This document shows, piece by piece, positions 1 to 9,551 of a stretch of DNA of 64,000 nt. The notes below the pieces were generated by a model. That model searched no databases and had not been told where the DNA came from. It saw only the letters and a program-made list of their open reading frames with translations. Every line of letters begins with the position of its first letter. Position 1 is the first letter of the stretch. The position numbers were made by a program, and so were the translations under genes. The stretch is from Chlamydiia bacterium (lineage in GTDB: Bacteria; Chlamydiota; Chlamydiia; Chlamydiales; Rhabdochlamydiaceae): positions 128,001-192,000 of the forward strand of contig CAWDOQ010000002.1 in assembly GCA_963804085.1 (NCBI GenBank), in the 5' to 3' direction.

Positions 1-864
1 ACTGCAAAAGAGCTGCTGGCTAGGAGCATCATAGACAACCTTGCCCGCCATATGAAAGTGGAGTAGTTCTAAAGTGGTCCGATCCCAAACATACAAAGCC
101 CCCTCACCGAGTGAGAGACCGAAGATACGGTTGATCTCTGGAGCCTCGCACATCCAATTGATACTAGCATGAGCTTCTTTTGTCTTGTATTTGTGGCATT
201 CTCCCAATTCATCTATTTTCCAGAAATAACTCCAATTTCTCCAGCTGGAAACCATCGTCATTGTCTGAAGGTTGAGACAAATAGGATTACGTTCCTTTAA
301 AAGCGGCTGATCACAAAGAGTTTTTCCCGTTTTTAAATTCCATATTCTCAGTCTTCCTTCGGAGCCGACACAGCAGGCTCTATTATCTGGCACAGATAAA
401 TGGACCGTACACGCACTCTTATCCAATTGAGATTTGGTCAATTGTTTGACCATTTTCCCATTTCGATCCCAAACCCGCACACCCGAATCGAAACTATAAT
501 CACTCGCATCTCCTGTCAGGAGAAGTGGCCCTTGAGGGTCATAAGCAAAACTGGTAAAGGGAAGAGGCGTTCCCAATTTAAGCTTTAAAGAACCGCTGTC
601 AGCAAAAGGAGAAGCATTTCGAATGAAAACCGTTTGGCACTTCCCAGCCAAGAGTCCAAAACCATCTGCACACAAATGAGTCTGAAAAGTGCGGCAAGTA
701 GCAGACATCCGGCAACATTCTTGATTTGTGAGATAAGCCTTAAAGATTAATCCGCAAAGCCGAACCGGAATCCGCTTCTCCAGCCCCGGGCCCTTGCACG
801 GGTTCTTCTCTGTTTCTGCCTGAATAGTTCTGCATCTATTTGCAAGCCAATGCACCATGAACAT
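1..864 (-). CDS. F-box-like/WD40 beta-propeller protein, paralog of 873..2336; runs off the left window edge
   Basis: ATG at 864 with upstream AGGA. Translation begins MFMVHWLANRCRTIQAETEKNPCKGPGLEKRIPVRLCGLIFKAYLTNQECC, nearly identical to the neighbouring ORF. Absent from the ORF track because no stop lies in the window. Confidence 0.8.
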   Translation of the reverse strand, partial: MFMVHWLANRCRTIQAETEKNPCKGPGLEKRIPVRLCGLIFKAYLTNQECCRMSATCRTFQTHLCADGFGLLAGKCQTVFIRNASPFADSGSLKLKLGTPLPFTSFAYDPQGPLLLTGDASDYSFDSGVRVWDRNGKMVKQLTKSQLDKSACTVHLSVPDNRACCVGSEGRLRIWNLKTGKTLCDQPLLKERNPICLNLQTMTMVSSWRNWSYFWKIDELGECHKYKTKEAHASINWMCEAPEINRIFGLSLGEGALYVWDRTTLELLHFHMAGKVVYDAPSQQLFCS

Positions 865-872
865 AAAAAATC

Positions 873-2336
873 CTACTCTTTTTTGGGTTGCTCTTTAGAC
901 TCTTGCTTAGATTCGGGTTTGCCCTCTTTAGACTCGGGCTTGGGCTGAGCACTCGAATAGTCGACAAGAGAAAGGGTTCCACCTATGGGCTTCTGCTCTT
1001 TATCGACGCCTGTATAATGCCTAAAAAGAACGATCAGTTGGTTTTTTTTGTCCCACCGGAACTCGGTATGCATGCCTGCAAATTCTCGTATCCGCCTCCG
1101 AGAAGCAAAATCCCAAAGCTGAACGCTATTTCCATCTGCTAAAAGAAGGGTCTTTGTTTTTGGATCAAAATCAATCTGCCTGATACCGAATGGCATAGAG
1201 GGAAACGTAAACAACACCTTAGAAGTTGCCAAGTCCCAAACTACTATTTTACCTTTTCGCTCTCGTACAATTTCGTTTCTCATCGAGCCAAAGACCCCGC
1301 TTCTGACGCCGAGAACTTCTCTTTGTAGGTCACAGTTGAAAGCAGCAAATAGCCATCTGCTAGTACAATCATAGTGAAAAGCAGGGTCGTGATCTCGATT
1401 AACGGTAGCATGTTGTAATACACTGGTCTGCTTTCCGGTAGTTGCATCAAGCACCTCTATTTTAGAGCCCACAGTACAAAAGAGCTGCTGGCTAGGAGCA
1501 TCATAGGCAACGGTGCCTGCTCTATAAGAAGAGTCGAGCAGTTCTAAAGTTGTCCGATCCCAAACATAGAAAACCCCCTCGCTGATTGAATGTCCGAAGA
1601 TGCGATTGATCTTTGGAGCCTCGTACATCGAAACGTGACCAGCATGATCTTGTTTTAGCTGATATCTGCGGTATTCTCCCGATTCCTCTATTTTCCAGAA
1701 ATAACTCCGATTTCTCCAGCTGGAAACCATCGTCATTGTCTGAAGGTTGGGATAAAGACAACCTTCGTTGTTAACCGGAAAATCACAAAGAGTTTCTCCT
1801 GTTTCTAAATTCCACATTCTTACTCTCCCTTCGGAGCCGACACAGGAGGCTCTATTATCCGGTACGGATAAATGGACCGTACGTACGCTCTTATGCAGTT
1901 GAGATTCGGTCAATTGTTTGACCATTTTTCCATTTCGATCCCAAACCCGCACACCCGAATCGAAACTATAATCACTCGCATCTCCTGTCAGGAGAAGTGG
2001 CCCTTGAGGGTCATAAGCAAAACTGGTAAAGGGAAGAGGCGTTCCCAATTTAAGCTTTAAAGAACCGCTGTCAGCAAAAGGAGAAGCATTTCGAATAAAA
2101 ACCGTTTGGCATTTTCCGGCTACCAGTGCAAAGCCATTTGCAGACAAATGAGTCTGAAAAGTCTTACAAGTAGCAAACATCCGGCAGCATTCTTGATTTG
2201 TGAGATAATCCTTAAAGATTAATCCGCAAAGCCGAACCGGAATCCGCTTCTCAAGCCCTGGGCCCTTGTACGGGTTCTTCTCTGTTTCTGCCTGAATAGT
2301 TCTGCATCTGTTTGCAAGCCAACCAATTATTATCAT
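873..2336 (-). CDS. F-box-like N-terminus plus WD40-repeat protein, probable eukaryote-like effector
   Basis: IPVRLCGLIFKDYLTNQECCRMFATCKTF resembles the F-box consensus. Repeated WD-type blade ends (VRVWD, VRMWNL, FYVWD, IVVWDL, VQLWDF). GGAGG RBS upstream. Confidence 0.75.
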   Translation of the reverse strand: MIIIGWLANRCRTIQAETEKNPYKGPGLEKRIPVRLCGLIFKDYLTNQECCRMFATCKTFQTHLSANGFALVAGKCQTVFIRNASPFADSGSLKLKLGTPLPFTSFAYDPQGPLLLTGDASDYSFDSGVRVWDRNGKMVKQLTESQLHKSVRTVHLSVPDNRASCVGSEGRVRMWNLETGETLCDFPVNNEGCLYPNLQTMTMVSSWRNRSYFWKIEESGEYRRYQLKQDHAGHVSMYEAPKINRIFGHSISEGVFYVWDRTTLELLDSSYRAGTVAYDAPSQQLFCTVGSKIEVLDATTGKQTSVLQHATVNRDHDPAFHYDCTSRWLFAAFNCDLQREVLGVRSGVFGSMRNEIVRERKGKIVVWDLATSKVLFTFPSMPFGIRQIDFDPKTKTLLLADGNSVQLWDFASRRRIREFAGMHTEFRWDKKNQLIVLFRHYTGVDKEQKPIGGTLSLVDYSSAQPKPESKEGKPESKQESKEQPKKE

Positions 2337-2403
2337 AATTCCTCCAAATGTGAAGGAATATTGTATATTAGCCGTCGATTAACCTCTCTTTTTAAAAGAA
2401 TTT

Positions 2404-3666
2404 TTACAGTTTAATTCCCTCGCGGAGGTAAGTCTCTAAGGTTAGGATCTCTCCGTCGATTTTTAATTCGTGCATCGCCTCTTCAAGGGCTCTTTTTTCG
2501 CGTGCCATCGTATCCTGATCGCGGGTATCCCAAGAGATCTGGAATAACTTCTTATGCCCTCTAGCTGTTTGGGCTAAGAAGTCGACCTCATAGCCTTTCG
2601 CTGTCTGGTAGTAGCTTATCTTGCAGCCTAGGCGTTTTAAATCTAAGTAGATGATGTTTTCAAATAACCTTCCGAGATCATTTTCATAGTCTAAAGTCAA
2701 GGCTCTAATCATACCTGGATCGATAGCATATAATTTTCTAGGCTTTGTCTTTGCTTTTCGAATGGATTTATCATAGGCATCCAGGGAAAAAGCAAGGTAG
2801 GCATCTTCGATATGATCCACATATTCATACAATATATCCTTTCCTACCTGATAGCCTTGAGTTCTTATGTCATTGTAAAATTTATGCACAGCAAAGGGTT
2901 TGCCTACATTGTGAATCATCGACAAGATGAGATATTTAATTAGGGTAGGATTTTTTATGTTATGCCTCTCGATAATATCTCGATAGATGACTACATCTAT
3001 GTACTCTTGTAACGTTTTTTGCTTTACATCCGGACTAAATCCGACGATTTCAGGAAATCCTCCTTCTGACAGGTAGTGGCGAAATAGCTCAGCTAACCTG
3101 TCTTGCGTCTTTTTGTCATACAGAGTACGATCGATGCTTACCTTTTTTGCTCTTGCAAACTCACTAAAGTTATAGGGCCAGATTTCAATTGCAAGAGATC
3201 TTCCTCGCAAGCTGGTCGCAATCTCTTTGCTGAGTAATTTGGCTGATGATCCCGTTAAGAAAATCTCTGCATTTTTTGTATCGTGTAAGCGCCTTATAAC
3301 TAGAGGCCAATTTGCGACATTTTGGATCTCATCGAAAAAAAGGTAGCACTTTCTATCATGGTTCTGTGGATAGAGCGAATAGAATGCCTCCACTAACTTC
3401 GCGAACTTTTTCTCATCCAAAGGAAAAAGCCTGTCATCTTCAAAGTTAAGGTACAAAATGGCTGTTTTGCTAACCCCGGCCTCCAGGATTTTTAGAATGT
3501 GCTGATAGAGAAAGTAGGTTTTACCTGCACGGCGCATTCCTATTGCTACCTTAATTTTGGATGGAGCATCGGGAAACCGAGCCTCTCTTTCCACAAGGTG
3601 GGTGAGATGAGCTAATTTATCGTGGAATTCTCCTAGTAAAATGGGAAGCAGTGCTTGTTCTGTCAT
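2404..3666 (-). CDS. AAA_14 ATP-binding protein with C-terminal DUF4143
   Basis: Walker A GMRRAGKT, Walker B LFFDEIQ, LTGSSA, GGFPE, KLYAIDPG, GRLFEN, YEVDF. ATG at 3666 preferred over the TTG at 3684. Confidence 0.9.
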   Translation of the reverse strand: MTEQALLPILLGEFHDKLAHLTHLVEREARFPDAPSKIKVAIGMRRAGKTYFLYQHILKILEAGVSKTAILYLNFEDDRLFPLDEKKFAKLVEAFYSLYPQNHDRKCYLFFDEIQNVANWPLVIRRLHDTKNAEIFLTGSSAKLLSKEIATSLRGRSLAIEIWPYNFSEFARAKKVSIDRTLYDKKTQDRLAELFRHYLSEGGFPEIVGFSPDVKQKTLQEYIDVVIYRDIIERHNIKNPTLIKYLILSMIHNVGKPFAVHKFYNDIRTQGYQVGKDILYEYVDHIEDAYLAFSLDAYDKSIRKAKTKPRKLYAIDPGMIRALTLDYENDLGRLFENIIYLDLKRLGCKISYYQTAKGYEVDFLAQTARGHKKLFQISWDTRDQDTMAREKRALEEAMHELKIDGEILTLETYLREGIKL

Positions 3667-3668
3667 AA

Positions 3669-3757
3669 TCTTTCCTTTGAGCAAGGAAAGATAGGCGTAT
3701 TACTTTCCTTATTCTAGTGAAAGAATAGCACGTTTCTTTCCTTGGCGCAAGGAAAGA
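3669..3757. promoter_or_regulatory. Three 23-bp palindromes (TCTTTCCTT-N5-AAGGAAAGA) at an exact 33-bp period; putative operator array
   Basis: Copies start at 3669, 3702 (degenerate) and 3735, immediately upstream of the AAA/DUF4143 start codon. Confidence 0.6.
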
Positions 3758-3808
3758 CAGAAAAACGGCGCGCAACCACCTAAATATTAGTAAGTTATAA
3801 AATAAAAA

Positions 3809-4177
3809 CTATCGGGGGTCTTTAAACTCGATGACCATCACTTCGATCGGTTCATCGGAGTCATTGATATCTGCGTGCAGGGTGTTTGCTGGATCTTCGG
3901 TTAGCCAGTAGGCTTTGCCGGTTTCGAAGGTAAGGGGAGAGGTAGTGCCATCCTCTTCGATTTTGGTGAGGGTGCCGCCCTTTAGGCCAACTACAACGCG
4001 TTGATTGTCATGGCGATGCATCTTGAGGGGCTGATGGGGCATGATTATGGTTTTCCAGACCTTTACGCGGTCGTTCTCAAACTGGAGTTCGCGGTGGGTG
4101 ATGGGCTTTGGTGTTACTGCATCTTCGGTAATTGCGGATGAGAGAAGCGAGTAAGAAAGGAGAAAAGAAAAAAGCAT
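3809..4177 (-). CDS. Secreted cupin-domain protein
   Basis: Signal-like N-terminus. FENDRVKVW, MHRHD and HADIN cupin motifs. GGAGG RBS. Confidence 0.75.
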   Translation of the reverse strand: MLFSFLLSYSLLSSAITEDAVTPKPITHRELQFENDRVKVWKTIIMPHQPLKMHRHDNQRVVVGLKGGTLTKIEEDGTTSPLTFETGKAYWLTEDPANTLHADINDSDEPIEVMVIEFKDPR

Positions 4178-4220
4178 GTTGTACCTCCGTAGCTAATCAA
4201 CTTTGTAGTTTCTGTCTTTT

Positions 4221-4304
4221 CGTGCCCTTGCCCGTGCCCGTGCCCGTGCCCCTGCCCGAAATTAATCCGGATCGGGCAAGGGCAGGGGCACGGGCAAGGG
4301 CACG
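4221..4304. repeat. GC-rich hexamer-stem palindromic repeat (family A), copy 1
   Basis: (GCCCGT/GCCCTT/GCCCCT)n arms around the core CCCGA-AATTAATCCGGA-TCGGG. Confidence 0.85.
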
Positions 4305-4331
4305 TTAAAGAAAGGTATGGCGGTTGTTATA

Positions 4332-4415
4332 TGCGAAAGGGGGGACTCGAACCCCCAAAAGGTTTCCCTCACTACCACCTCAAAGTAGCGCGTCTGCCAA
4401 TTCCGCCACTCTCGC
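4332..4415 (-). tRNA. tRNA-Leu (GAG)
   Basis: Reverse complement GCGAGAGTGGCGGAATTGGCAGACGCG...CTACT-TTGAGGT-GGTAG...GGTTCGAGTCC; long variable arm. Confidence 0.95.
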
Positions 4416-4522
4416 AAAAAAATTAAAGCCATAATATGGCAGGGCGCGAAATCTGTTCAAGCAAAGAAAGTTTTTAAAGTCGGTTTGGGCTTTTAATGAG
4501 GGGTTAAGGTATAAGGGCTAGT

Positions 4523-5317
4523 ATGCGATGCACCAGTTATTGCACAGCCGCCTCTTATGACGTCCAACGTCTTTTTCAAGCCCTGCAAAAGCATGGCCAC
4601 TGCCAGCTTTATCGCGATGTGATCCATCTGCAAATTAAAGAGGAGCGCAGAGTTAAAGGCGACATCTTCTACTTCTCATATGGCGTTATTGTCTCTTGGG
4701 GATTTACTCTCGAAGAGGAGCAGGAGATTCTGTCTTTCTTGAAAGAGTATGAAAAGGAGCCGCATCCGAAACCTGAGATCGACGAGTTCACCTATATCTA
4801 TGGCGATACGATGGCGATCGAAGAGGATGAGATCGTGCTGCAAAACAAGAGCAACCTGTTAAAGCTAGCCATCTCTTACGGGATTGCGCAGTCTGTAAAG
4901 CTGGCGATCTTTGAAGAGATGATCCAAAAGACGATCGACAACACTAAGCACCTCCCCTCTTCTCTTGCCAAAAAGGGGAAGATCGCCTTGTCCCGCAAAG
5001 AGATCTCGCGCAAGTTGGGAGAGATCTTCATCGAGCGCAATTTCATCAACTTGCATTCGGAGATCTTGGACACTCCGGAATTTTTCTGGAACCATCCGGA
5101 GCTTGAGCCTTTCTATCGCCGCACGGCCCACTATCTAGATGTGACCAAACGTGTCGAAGCATTGAATAAACGCCTGAACGTGGTGCACGAGCTCTTTGAG
5201 ATTTTGACAAGCGAACTCAACCACCAGCACTCCTCACGCCTCGAGTGGACAATCATCTGCCTGATCGTTATCGAAGTGATGCTCGCGGTCCTAAAAGATA
5301 TTTTCCATCTAATCTAA
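4523..5317 (+). CDS. RMD1/DUF155 family protein (YagE-like)
   Basis: [43 protein letters not shown] motifs. Confidence 0.9.
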   Translation: MRCTSYCTAASYDVQRLFQALQKHGHCQLYRDVIHLQIKEERRVKGDIFYFSYGVIVSWGFTLEEEQEILSFLKEYEKEPHPKPEIDEFTYIYGDTMAIEEDEIVLQNKSNLLKLAISYGIAQSVKLAIFEEMIQKTIDNTKHLPSSLAKKGKIALSRKEISRKLGEIFIERNFINLHSEILDTPEFFWNHPELEPFYRRTAHYLDVTKRVEALNKRLNVVHELFEILTSELNHQHSSRLEWTIICLIVIEVMLAVLKDIFHLI

Positions 5318-5529
5318 TGTTTCGAATCATTTTAAAATTTCCGATTCGCTTCTATCAGCTCGCGCTCAGCCCCTTCATTGGTAAGTGCTGCAGATTCTAT
5401 CCCAGCTGTTCTGATTATGGGATCGAGGCGATCGAAAAGCATGGAATAAAAGGTCTGTGGCTGCTCCTCAAGCGCCTCGTCAAGTGCAATCCCTGGCACC
5501 CAGGTGGCATCGACCACGTTCCTGATTAA
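5317..5529 (+). CDS. yidD: Membrane protein insertion efficiency factor YidD
   Basis: [27 protein letters not shown]...[17 protein letters not shown] overlaps the upstream TAA. Confidence 0.93.
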   Translation: MFRIILKFPIRFYQLALSPFIGKCCRFYPSCSDYGIEAIEKHGIKGLWLLLKRLVKCNPWHPGGIDHVPD

Positions 5530-5936
5530 ATAATGAGTTCCGCTACAGAAACACCAGTGATAAGTCCTTCTATTGCTTTGAAATGCTTATCATTAGAGAA
5601 AAGCACACATCCATGTTCTAATGCTTGTGCAGCAATCCACATATCATTTGATGGAATAGGAGTGCCTTTATTTCTTAAAGAAGAATAAATTTGACTGTAA
5701 AAATTTGCAGTGTCTGACGTCATTGGGAAAAATCTAATGCGCGAAGATTGCAAAAATTGATGTAGCTCATCTCGATTTTTTTTCGTTTTATTCCCACATT
5801 CAAACCCGCTTAATAATTCTCCTAGAACCACGGGCCCTATAGCAAGAGTTTCAGCCTGCTGAATAATTTCGGTTGCATAGGTTTCTTCGCGTTTGAAAGC
5901 CACATACGCATTGGTGTCGATAAATACTGGTCTCAT
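5526..5936 (-). CDS. vapC: VapC family PIN-domain toxin
   Basis: [35 protein letters not shown]; overlaps the antitoxin stop. Confidence 0.92.
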   Translation of the reverse strand: MRPVFIDTNAYVAFKREETYATEIIQQAETLAIGPVVLGELLSGFECGNKTKKNRDELHQFLQSSRIRFFPMTSDTANFYSQIYSSLRNKGTPIPSNDMWIAAQALEHGCVLFSNDKHFKAIEGLITGVSVAELII

Positions 5937-6190
5937 TGCCAAAGATCCTCATCAATTTGCTCAAAACTGCGAGTATTTTTTTTGAATGTTTTTTCATCTT
6001 CAGCTGACCATGAACCAGCTAGATGATCCAAATCGTGATAGACTACTTTTTTGCGAGCAAGCCCAAGCCCTTGTTCGATCATTTGCAATACCAATAGATT
6101 TACGCTAGTACGCAAACGTTTTGCTTCACGTTTTAAAAGAATCATCACGTCGCTGGGGATTCCTCTTAGATTAAAGTTAGATGCAGACAT
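5933..6190 (-). CDS. Antitoxin (ribbon-helix-helix, FitA/VapB-like)
   Basis: MSASNFNLRGIPSDVMILLKREAK..SVN RHH-like N-terminus and YHDLDHLAGSWS; directly upstream of vapC. Confidence 0.8.
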   Translation of the reverse strand: MSASNFNLRGIPSDVMILLKREAKRLRTSVNLLVLQMIEQGLGLARKKVVYHDLDHLAGSWSAEDEKTFKKNTRSFEQIDEDLWQ

Positions 6191-6288
6191 AAATGATACC
6201 TCATTACAATACCTCAACGATACCATTTTCTGATATCATCGACAAGGATGTTTCTTAAACATATTGTGATCAGACACTTAGGATTATG

Positions 6289-7407
6289 TTAACTGCTTGG
6301 GATTTCGAGTTTTTTGCCCTGGCGCAGCATCTGTTCTGATTCTAGATGGTTGGCACGCATCAGTTCTTTTACGCTCACCTTGTACTGCTTGGCGATCTTC
6401 CAGAGGCTATCCCCTTTTTGAACTGTGTGGATCCGTTTTTGTTGAGAGGGGGCCTCTTTTTGAACGACAACATTAGGTTGGGGCGCTCGAAAAGAGGAGG
6501 CGCGCTTCCAGACGGCATCGCTACGCGGGCTTGCCAGAAGCTCTTTGGCCAAGAGTGCTAATTTAGGAGAGTTTACGTTCACAAGATCGAAGAGTTTCAA
6601 GAGTTCTGCATCGTCCATCCGCTTGGAGGTAAACTCAAAATCCGCTTCGAGCAGGAGCTGAGCTGCAAGCGGCGCGTTACAGTTGAGGTAGGCGATAAGA
6701 AATGTGCGTCTTGCTTCCAATGAGAGGTCTTGCGCAAGTTTTTGTTTTTCACAAAATGTCTGCAAAATAGCCCAGTCGCCTTGTGCGAGCATTTCGATTA
6801 GCTGCTCCTTCTCTATTGGAAGTCCTGTGCGTGAAAAGAGAAGAGAGGCCATCTGGAACTCGCTCGTATGGAAAAAGGCTTCGAGCAGAGTCGGATCGCG
6901 CGGAATCGCTGCGCGCTTGATCTCAAAGAAAAGTCCCTGGTTGGAAAGGGGCCACTTCTCTGTTCTTGCATAGCGCATAACTGCTTCAAATTGGGCAGGG
7001 GTAACGCCGGGGAAAAGGGAAAGTGTAATCCTCTCCTGGTTATTTGCGTGAGAAAGAAGCACTTCTCGCTTTTGCGGGAGCAGGCCTCCTAAAGCAGCAT
7101 CGAGATTAAAATGGTGAAAGGCGACCATGCAAGAGAGCGCAAGATCGCGCTTTCTAAAGCCATCTTCTACGAGCTCTTGATTCTCTAAACGCAGGAGCAG
7201 CTCGGCGAAGGGGAGCTGAGAGTAGGCGCGCAAAAGCTCTTCATTGTTCAGGCTTCCTGGAATATTTTGGCTTGCCATCGGCTTGAGTTCGATGGGAACG
7301 GCTGCCTGCTTATCTTTGATGACAAAATAGGTAAAGGTGGCGATCAGCCCTAGGTTGAGTGTGCCGCTTAAAATGAGTGCTTGCGTCAGTCTTTTTGTAT
7401 GGTGCAT
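6289..7407 (-). CDS. Membrane-anchored LysM peptidoglycan-binding protein
   Basis: N-terminal TM helix; C-terminal HTVQKGDSLWKIAKQYKVSVKELMRANHL LysM domain; divergent from pheT. Confidence 0.88.
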   Translation of the reverse strand: MHHTKRLTQALILSGTLNLGLIATFTYFVIKDKQAAVPIELKPMASQNIPGSLNNEELLRAYSQLPFAELLLRLENQELVEDGFRKRDLALSCMVAFHHFNLDAALGGLLPQKREVLLSHANNQERITLSLFPGVTPAQFEAVMRYARTEKWPLSNQGLFFEIKRAAIPRDPTLLEAFFHTSEFQMASLLFSRTGLPIEKEQLIEMLAQGDWAILQTFCEKQKLAQDLSLEARRTFLIAYLNCNAPLAAQLLLEADFEFTSKRMDDAELLKLFDLVNVNSPKLALLAKELLASPRSDAVWKRASSFRAPQPNVVVQKEAPSQQKRIHTVQKGDSLWKIAKQYKVSVKELMRANHLESEQMLRQGKKLEIPSS

Positions 7408-7458
7408 TTTTCCCTTCTCGTAACTACCTGAATTATGTTATATCATATGATCAAATTT

Positions 7459-9515
7459 ATGAGAGTTCCTTTATCCTGGTTAAGAGAATTTTTAGAAATT
7501 GACCTGTCGACAGACGAGATCGCAGAGACCTTTACTCTTGCGGGCTTGGAGGTAGAAAAGGTCGATACCTCTACTATTGTCGGCGACACTATTTTCGACA
7601 TTGCGCTCACCCCCAATCTGGGGCACTGCATGAGCATTTTGGGAGTCGCACGCGAGCTGGCTGCCCTTAAAAATCTTTCGGTCAAAAAAAAGAAGATCGC
7701 GCTTATTGAGGATCCTGCGCACACGATCGACAAAATGATCGCAGTGGAGATCCAAGACAAGGAACAATGCTTTCGCTATGCCTGCCGGATCGTGACAAAT
7801 GTGAAAGTGCAGGACTCTCCCGCCTGGCTTAAAAATCGTCTGGAGGCAGCGGGCCTTCGCAGCATCAATAATGTTGTTGATGTTACAAATTTTGTTATGT
7901 TGGAGTATGGCCAGCCGCTCCACGCTTTCGATTATGCGCATATCGCAGGCAAAAAGATCCGCGTGAGCGCAAAAACCGGCTACACCTCCTTTACAACTCT
8001 TGATGACAAGCTCTGTCCTCTTGCTTCCGGAATGCTTCTTATCGCCGATGAAAAAAAGCCGCTCGCTCTTGCAGGAGTCATGGGCGGAAAAGAGGCGATG
8101 GTGACAGACAAAACTAATACAGTTCTTTTAGAATCAGCCTTCTTCTCACCGAGCGCCGTCCGCAAAGCGAGCAAAATTTCGGGAATAAGAACAGACTCTT
8201 CGCAGCGCTTCGAAAAAGGGGTCGATCCGGAAGCGGTCATGCTCGCTTTAGATCGCGCCGCCTCTCTTTTGCAAGAGATCTCTCCCAATGCTCTAGTAGT
8301 AAAAGGGGCAATCGATCACGCCACGCGCTCTTTTGCAAGAAGTGGGATTACCTGTCGAGTGCCCCGCACCAATCGTCTTCTAGGAACTCAACTTAGTTTG
8401 CGCGAAATCGTCGGCATTTTCGAAAGGCTTGAGATCCGCATCACGAGAGAGGAGGCCGAACTCGTACATCTCATCCCCCCCTCTTACCGAAATGATCTAC
8501 AAACCGAGATCGATCTGATCGAAGAGGTGGCTCGCATCTATGGATTTAACAATATCTTCTCTAAAAAACATCCACGCCATGTCTCCTCTACTATCGATCC
8601 TGCTCCCCTTTATCTTATGGAAAAAGCGGTAAGAGAGCAGCTTTTGGGAGAAGGGTTGCAAGAGTGCATCACTTGCAATCTGATCAGCCCCACTCTTGCC
8701 GAGCTTACACAAGAGCGGCAAGACAAAAATCCCTGATCTCTGTTTTACACCCTGCATCGATCGACCAGTCGGTGCTGCGCCTCTCTCTTCTACCAGGCCT
8801 CCTCCAGATGGTGAAAAACAATAGCGATCGCATGAATAAAAATGTGAGCGCCTTTGAAATTGGAAAGATCCATTTTAAAGAGCAAGAGCAGTACATAGAG
8901 CAGACTATGGCAGCAATCATTTGCACCGGCCTTAGCCGCCCCTACCATTGGGACCCTAAACCTAAAGAGCCCGACTTCTTTGATCTCAAAGGCAAAGTAG
9001 AAAATCTACTGCTGGCGTTTAGCATAGAGGGAGCATCTTTTGAAACGGCCCACCTGCACAACTTCCATCCAGGCAGACAAGCTCGCATCAAAGTGGGCGA
9101 CGTATATCTTGGAGCCTTGGGCGAGGTCCACCCCCTTCATACTGCAGCTTTAGGCATCACAGCGCGCGTCCAATTTTGCGAACTTAACTTGCACGATCTC
9201 ATGCTGTTAAGAAAAAAGAGAGAGAAGGTAGAAGAGCTCTCCGCCTATCCAGGTTCAGAGCGCGATTGGACCCTGTCTGTAAAAGAGGATTTGGCAGCAG
9301 GAGAGATCTTGCACTGGATCCAAGAGGTCCCCTCTCCTGTTTTAGAAAGGGTGATTCTTCTTGATATCTACCAGGTAGCAAAAGAGAAAAAAAATATCAC
9401 ATTCCGCCTCTTTTATCGAGACAAAGAGAAGACGATTTCTCAAGAGCGCGTCGAGAGCGAACATGCAAAAATCACACAAGAAGTAGCAAAAAAGGCGCAG
9501 GATAGTTTAGTATGA
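7459..9515 (+). CDS. pheT: Phenylalanine--tRNA ligase beta subunit; frameshift near 8730 (probable sequence error)
   Basis: MRVPLSWLREF, INNVVDVTNFVMLEYGQPLHAFD, DLIEEVARIYG in ORF 7435..8736; continues in ORF 8664..9515 (VLRLSLLPGLL, FEIGKI, HPGRQA). Span is one base short of a multiple of 3. Confidence 0.92.
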
Positions 9516-9551
9516 CGCTTAAATATCATTTATCTGATTAAGGGGTCTCTC

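Noticed and set aside
400-2060. Two near-identical 62-aa plus-strand ORFs (400..588, 1872..2060)
   Set aside because: Antisense shadows of the duplicated F-box/WD40 genes.
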